Shown: one piece after another, positions 62,201 through 64,000 of the stretch
How the letters are laid out: every line of letters begins with the position of its first letter
Numbering within the stretch: position 1 is the first letter of the stretch
Origin: Raillietiella orientalis
Lineage: Eukaryota
Assembly (NCBI GenBank): GCA_036172245.1
Contig: JAYWIR010000019.1
Span: 2,480,001-2,544,000 of the forward strand
Reading direction: 5' to 3'
DNA length: 64,000 bases
Translations under genes and position numbers: made by a program
The notes under the pieces: model-generated
What the model was told of the DNA's origin: nothing
Seen by the model: the letters and a program-made list of their open reading frames with translations, nothing else
Database searches by the model: none

Positions 62201-63349
62201 TTAAAAAAGAACACCAACATGTGATTTAAGTAGGCTGAATTTTATTTTATTCAAATTGTCATGATGTAAAGCAGCTCAGGAAGGTACATCTTTCAAGAAC
62301 GAGAATGATGGAGCGGAAACCGTAGAAATTGTTTAAATCGATGAGATGTCAACACAAATCCAAGAGCTTTTTTTTTTCTTCTTTACTTTAAACAAGAACT
62401 GATTTTGATTTTTTTTTCCTTTTTGTTATAAAGTCGAGGGGCGAATATTCTACATTCAATATGTCTTGTACATCCTTTCATAATCACAATCACATGATCG
62501 ACGTATAACGCTCGTAGAGAGCGCCACGTGTCCCTCGCGTTAGACAGGGACCTGTTATATCTCGATTGCCTTGAGAAAACAACAGGTCCAGTAGAGTTCC
62601 TTTGTTGTTGTTGTTGTTGTTGTGTCGTTTCCAGGATATTGTTCCACAGAAGCGAAAACAGCACGAAAGTAAAATACGGATAGGTTGCGAGAGGAACAGT
62701 GCTCTGGGAATAGCTGATTTTCTAATGATGCACTGATTTTCTAAAGATGCGCTGGAGTTCAGTTTGGCAACACTGCACAACAAATCATTTGCGATTCGAG
62801 AGATCCCATAAACTCCTCGTTGAACCTCCATTGCACTCTTCTCGTGTTCGTTATTAACGGCTTTCCCATTAAAAAGCGCACACACACTCTTTCAAGCGAG
62901 AATTTGCTGCTGACCCGGGAATCGAGGAGGTGAATTCGTACCTGGAATTTTTATGGATTGCAAACCCTAGAAACAATAGGCTGAGGCGGAAAGCGGAATT
63001 CAGGGAGAAATCCAGGAGGATATCCGGGGCAGGTCACCTTGGTGGCTTTCAAGGGAAACCTCGCTCCGGCGGACGTCAGCTCTCTCAAGTGCCTCGGACG
63101 TGCGAGTGAGCTCGCTGCACGGATTTTTTTTTTTTTTTTTTTTTTATCTCAAAGAGAATGGTCCCGATTGCTCAGCAAGCAGACCCCCTCCAAGAACGAT
63201 CAAATCATGACCTACTTCCCGAAAACCGAAGGTTTTCATTCTTCGCGTACCTTCTATTTGGAGGAAAAAAAGAATGAAAAATATTTTTCCCTCTTTTTTC
63301 TGGCTCTTAAGCTGATGTCACGCAAGACAAAGTCAAGCTGTGTTTCATA

Positions 63350-63900
63350 CGAAAGAACCTGGCGCTGTTTTTGCACAAGAGGTCAGTTGTTTTGACACTC
63401 GAAACCCAAATTGGGCAGCTGGCGCGTTGCCTTCCTGATGTGAAGTCATTTGCATGGAACCCGGGTTCTTTTCTTTGTACGTCTCCCAAGCACTGAACCC
63501 ACTTGAGTGCATTCGTGCCGGAGGTTCTATGTTGGTCTTCTTCGTTGGCATGGCAGTTTAGCAGAAAGCTTTGATGTCGAAGGTTTTCTGAGCTGCAGGG
63601 AGTTTGTTCTCTTCCTTTTTCGGTGAAATATCAAAACGAGGAGAAGCACAATAGAGTGCTCCGGGAATTGGAACTGGATAGACAAGCTGGAAGCTGCTAA
63701 GATTTGGCTCAGTTGCACTGTTTGGCAAAAGCAGTCCAAATTACATAAACACTAAGATTGATAAGTCGTATTAGCAACAGCACCCTCTCATCTCCGTGAC
63801 GGTTTCTGATTTCACGAGGGCCCTATTTGTGGTAAGGACTCTAATCATAAGGACTATGTGTGTGGTAGGGACTCATAAGGACTCTAATCCCTGTTCCTTT
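63350..63900 (+). mobile_element. Degenerate LINE RT fragment
   Basis: AFVP, gaaagctttgatgtc (EKAFD with a 1-nt loss, ~63564-63578), FLISRG. Confidence 0.45.
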
Positions 63901-64000
63901 TAACTTGCCCATTAAAGTGTTTCCGAAGCTGCTCAGCTCGACGATGGGCCCTACATCACCGGATTTAGAGAGCATTAGAAACGATTACCTGGAATTTCGC

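Overview
Eukaryotic (probably invertebrate animal, low confidence) DNA with no intact protein-coding gene, RNA gene or CRISPR array that I can support. The long ORFs in the track are stop-poor, GC-rich or low-complexity artefacts. Reading across frameshifts, most of the 64 kb consists of decayed non-LTR retrotransposon ORF2 fragments of the L1/Tx1 type. The recurring motif remnants are SPGPDG, WRP, DxxxAFDSV, GVPQG/GCxxSP, xxDD, ASGxxxNxxKS, LWY, GGLG and the CxxC..HLLxxC zinc knuckle. By eye there are roughly 20-28 separate fragments, and every one I could assign lies on the + strand. Several are joined head-to-tail at a conserved ~25-nt hairpin motif, AATAAAC-nn-CCCGGCGTGACCGGGTGAAAA. A full-length intronless YKT6 processed pseudogene (52808-53404) sits in the array in the same orientation. 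The best candidate for an undescribed system is a self-stacking retrotransposon array. In that model the junction motif is either a regenerated target site or a stringent 3' recognition signal. Minor elements are a 22-bp minisatellite, purine/pyrimidine tracts, a CpG-rich island with clustered homeodomain-type sites (about 32.7-34.7 kb) and an unidentified degraded coding-like stretch on the - strand (about 46.7-47.1 kb). All motif calls were made by eye and element boundaries are approximate.
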